A stretch of 64,000 nt of DNA from an uncultured bacterium (GTDB taxonomy: Bacteria; Verrucomicrobiota; Verrucomicrobiia; Limisphaerales; UBA8199). The stretch covers positions 39,271-103,270 of the forward strand of contig CAVVMW010000028.1 of assembly GCA_963749495.1 (NCBI GenBank), in the 5' to 3' direction. Positions 60,880 to 64,000 of this stretch are shown here, one piece after another. A program made the translations under genes and the position numbers. The stretch's first letter is position 1. The number at the start of each line of letters is the position of its first letter. The notes beneath the pieces were generated by a model that was not told the DNA's origin, did not search any database, and was given only the letters and a program-made list of their open reading frames with translations.

Positions 60880-61039
60880 CACAACCAAGCCGGTATCCTG
60901 GCTTCGGGTCTTGGAACCTTGCTCCCGCCTTCCCGGTCTTGCCCGATCGAGGACAAACCAGTGGCCTTGGGAGTTTGTAACCCGTTACAGTGGCGCAACC
61001 GTCCCCGATTCTCACGGGGTTCCCTGACGCCTGGCTGTG
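60880..61039 (-). ncRNA. cobalamin (B12) riboswitch
   Basis: Minus strand AGGGAA-CCCCGTGAGAATCGGGG-ACGG-TTGCGCCACTGTAA...GCCACTGG...CCGGGAAGGC...AAGCCAGGATACC; P1 CACAGCCAGG/CTTGGTTGTG. Confidence 0.9.
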
Positions 61040-61169
61040 TTTTTTCAAAGAACACCCCCTGCTTACGCCCGGCCAAGCGATTTGCCAAGAAAAATCGAGC
61101 GCAGGTCGAGGCGGGGGACCCACGACAGCAATCCTCGGGTGCGGGATGGAACCGGCCGTGCGTGCTCTG

Positions 61170-61795
61170 GACGCCAAAGGCGTCGTTCATACCAGCCCAG
61201 GGCATACGCCCTGGGTACCGCCGCCAATAATCATCTGGAGCGCTGAAAGCGCGATTCATCCTTGGTCCTGCTCTGTGCCGCAACAGGAGCAATCCGCCTC
61301 ATTCCCAAACAGACCTTTCCTCAACGTCGGTTCATGGAGGGCCCCCTTTGCCTTCTGCCAATGCATTGGGACCATGAACCGGTCAGGGGTCCGGAGGCTG
61401 CGAAGCGTTTTGGACTGCGGCAGTCCTCTACCGTTTTGGTGTCCCCTGCGTCTGGGTCCAAAAAAAGCGCAAGAGGACTGGCGCAGTAGAAAACCTTCGG
61501 GCTTCGCGACGGTTCATGGGGCGCATCTCGTCAGTACCACCACCTTCAGCCAGGAGCAGCGGCTCGGGGCAACCCGGAGGGTTGCCAGATGGTAGCCGGG
61601 GGTCGCGGCGTCGCTGCGACCCCCGGTTTGCGGCCAGAAGGGGCTGCACCCCGGAACGGGGTGCCAGAAGGCTGCTCACAACGAGGAGGTGGCCTTCTGG
61701 CATCCCTCCGGGATGCTGACCCACACTGCCTCTGAACCGGGGGTCTCGCCTGCGCTTCGACCCCCGGCTACCATCTGCCATCCCTCCGGGATGAA
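61170..61795. repeat. cluster of at least three REP-like families
   Basis: gacgccaaaggcgtc/cccagggc..gccctggg; ggttcatgg..ccatgaacc; ccggagggttgccagatggtagccggggg..cccccggctaccatctgccatccctccgg. Confidence 0.75.
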
Positions 61796-61961
61796 TTCCT
61801 GGGCGGCGGGCACTCTCGCTGACCTCAGGGCTCACATGCTGCTACTGACGAGATGCGCCCCGGTTCAGGGGAGAGGGCAATCCTTGCTTGTGCGGCGGCG
61901 TGGATCGATGTTATAGAATCTGCGCAAAGGTCATCACGCGCTTAGGAAGGTCTGGCGTCCT

Positions 61962-63830
61962 GTGGCAAGCGAGCATCGTCGGAACAGCAATGCGAGCGGC
62001 ACCGTCTTTTTGACGGTGGTTGTGGTTGTGGCGGTGCTTTATTTTGCGCGGGCGCTGTTCATCCCGCTGGCGCTGGCGGTGCTGTTCGCGTTTTTGCTGG
62101 CGCCCCTGGTCACGCGTCTGAGGCATTGGGGCCTGGGGCGCGTGCCCTCGGTGGCCGTGGTGGTCCTGTTGTCCTTCCTGGTCATGGCCAGCATCGGCAT
62201 GATCATGGCCTCTCAGCTTGGCGAGTTGGCGCGCAAGCTGCCCGAGTACCAGCACAACGTCCGGCAGAAGCTGGAATCCCTGCGCAACTCCGGCAGCGGC
62301 CTGGTCAACGAGTTCTCGAGGGTGGTCAATAACGTGACCGAGGGATTGAGCGCCGCACCCACGAACGGCGCGCCCGCGCAACCGGCCGGGGAGAGGCCCC
62401 TGGCGATCGAAATCCACCGCAACCCCTTCTCGCCGATGGAGGCGATCCAGAAGATCCTCGGTTCGGTGCTGGGCATCCTGCTCACGGCGGGCATCGTGGT
62501 GGTGTTTGTCATTTTCATGCTCATCCAGCAGGAGGACCTGCGCAACCGGCTGATCGGGCTGGCCGGGGCGGGGCGCATCAACGCAACCACGCAGTTGCTG
62601 GACGAGGCGGCGCGGCGAGTGAGCCGTTACCTGGTGGCGCAGGTGGTCATCAACGCCTCCTACGGCGCGCTAGTGGGCCTGGCCTTGTCTTTGATGCGAG
62701 TGCCCAATCCCCTGTTGTGGGCCATGCTGGCGGCCCTGCTGCGCTACGTCCCGTACCTGGGGATCTGGGTCGCCGCCGCGATGCCTGCCGCCATCGTCTT
62801 CGCCGTCAAACCTGGGTGGGTGGAGGCGCCCCTGGTCCTTGGCATCTACTTCGGCATCAACCTGCTCATGTACAATGTCGTGGAGCCGCTCTTGTACGGC
62901 ACTTCCACCGGGGTGTCACCGATTGCCATCCTGGTGACGGCGGTCTTTTGGACCTGGCTGTGGGGCCCGGTGGGCCTCCTCTTGGCCATGCCGCTCACGG
63001 TTTGCCTGGTGGTCACGGGCCGGTATGTGCCCCAACTGCAGTTCCTGAGCGTGATGCTCAGCGACGAGGTCGTGCTCACGCCCGAGACCCGCTTTTATCA
63101 GCGCCTGCTCGCCCTGGACGCCACGGAAGCCACGGAGATTGCCGAAGACTATCTCAAGGGCAAGTCGCTGGCGGACCTTTACGATGATGTCATCATCCCG
63201 GCGTTGAGCCTGGCCGAGGAAGAGCGCCACCGCGGACGCCTCGAGGCGGCCCGCCAACAATTCATCCTCCAAAACACGCGCCTCCTGGTCGAAGACCTGG
63301 GCGAGCACGCCGGGGCTTTGACCGCCCGCAACGGCCGCACGGAGACCCGCAACCCAACCCAGGGCGCCGAGCCCTGTCCGGCTCCGCCTCCTGCCGGCCA
63401 CCCCGTTGTCCTCTGCACCCCCGCCCGCGACCAGGCCGATGAAATCGCCGCCCTGATGCTGGTGCAGTTGCTCCGCCAGCGCGGGGTCAGCGCCAAGGAC
63501 CTGCCCGCCGGCGCCTCCGCCGGCGAGGCCCTCGAACAGGCCGACCCTGACCACGTCAGGATTGTGTGCGTGACGGCGGTGCCCCCGTTCGGCTTCATGC
63601 ACGCCCGCTATTTGTGCCGCCGCCTCCGCGCCCAGTTCCTCGACCTCAAGCTCATCGCCGCCGTTCTCACCGAAGACGATGCCTCCCAGGCGGGGCAACA
63701 CCGGCCCGCCATCTGCGCCGATGAGGTCGCCTCCAGCCTCAAACAGGCCCTGGCTCACATCACCTCGTTCCTGCCGCTCCCGGCCCGCCCGCCCCAGGAC
63801 CCAGCCCTCGCCGCCCCCGGCGGCAAGTGA
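61962..63830 (+). CDS. AI-2E family transporter with C-terminal extension
   Basis: PLALAVLFAFLLAPLV, LLRYVPYLG, FWTWLWGPVGLLLAMPLT, RFYQRLLA. Confidence 0.88.
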   Translation: MASEHRRNSNASGTVFLTVVVVVAVLYFARALFIPLALAVLFAFLLAPLVTRLRHWGLGRVPSVAVVVLLSFLVMASIGMIMASQLGELARKLPEYQHNVRQKLESLRNSGSGLVNEFSRVVNNVTEGLSAAPTNGAPAQPAGERPLAIEIHRNPFSPMEAIQKILGSVLGILLTAGIVVVFVIFMLIQQEDLRNRLIGLAGAGRINATTQLLDEAARRVSRYLVAQVVINASYGALVGLALSLMRVPNPLLWAMLAALLRYVPYLGIWVAAAMPAAIVFAVKPGWVEAPLVLGIYFGINLLMYNVVEPLLYGTSTGVSPIAILVTAVFWTWLWGPVGLLLAMPLTVCLVVTGRYVPQLQFLSVMLSDEVVLTPETRFYQRLLALDATEATEIAEDYLKGKSLADLYDDVIIPALSLAEEERHRGRLEAARQQFILQNTRLLVEDLGEHAGALTARNGRTETRNPTQGAEPCPAPPPAGHPVVLCTPARDQADEIAALMLVQLLRQRGVSAKDLPAGASAGEALEQADPDHVRIVCVTAVPPFGFMHARYLCRRLRAQFLDLKLIAAVLTEDDASQAGQHRPAICADEVASSLKQALAHITSFLPLPARPPQDPALAAPGGK

Positions 63831-63847
63831 GGGGGTGGGACAAAAAG

Positions 63848-64000
63848 GGGTGCGCGACAAAAAAGTAACCAAAATTTGAGCAGGCCCGCCTGCTGATTGA
63901 TTTTTGTTGCTATATTGTATCTAGTTAGATACAATACGCACCATGACCGCTTCGCTTTCTCAGCTCGAAGACCGGCGCGAGCAGATCCTTGAACAGATCA
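63848..64000 (+). mobile_element. probable left end of an ISKra4-like element with the start of a DUF6788-like ORF (63943 onward, partial)
   Basis: GGGTGCGCGACAAAAAAGT resembles ISKra4-type ends; AT-rich promoter with palindrome; MTASLSQLEDRREQILEQI; window ends before any transposase. Confidence 0.5.

Noticed and set aside
1..64000. tRNA or rRNA genes
   Set aside because: No cloverleaf with T-loop and acceptor stem, and no rRNA signature, was recognised

Overview
GC-rich chromosomal segment whose gene content (several prepilin-like N-methyl/H-X9-DG proteins, LamG/Ig surface proteins, extended ECF sigma factors with Ser/Thr kinases) points to a Verrucomicrobiota (Pedosphaera/Limisphaera-like) genome; the taxonomy is inference. 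Housekeeping anchors are the ilvD 3' end, aroK, queG, an rpoZ-like gene and glmM. Two near-identical 1.9-kb IS4-family elements (342-2240 and 56630-58529, opposite orientations) each carry a divergent small DUF6788-like ORF. Each is inserted into the same 11-bp hairpin core of a REP-like palindromic element, and an empty copy of that target is at 33041-33051. A probable ISKra4-like element starts at the right edge. Other content: an ABC/HlyD exporter, a candidate ABC-ATPase + PIN-nuclease defence pair, a two-component system with putative direct-repeat binding boxes, many toxin-antitoxin modules, a cold-shock cluster, and a cobalamin riboswitch heading a secreted protein plus a prepilin-like gene rather than btu genes. 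Many REP-like repeats are present (three are translated inside ORFs), together with remnants of REP-associated Y1 transposases and a long stretch (about 37-55 kb) of internally deleted gene remnants. Recurrent context-specific single-base anomalies (GAGCT>GAGCCT, CGA>CAA) suggest that some frameshifts and substitutions are sequencing or methylation artefacts. All family names come from motif recognition; no database searches were run.
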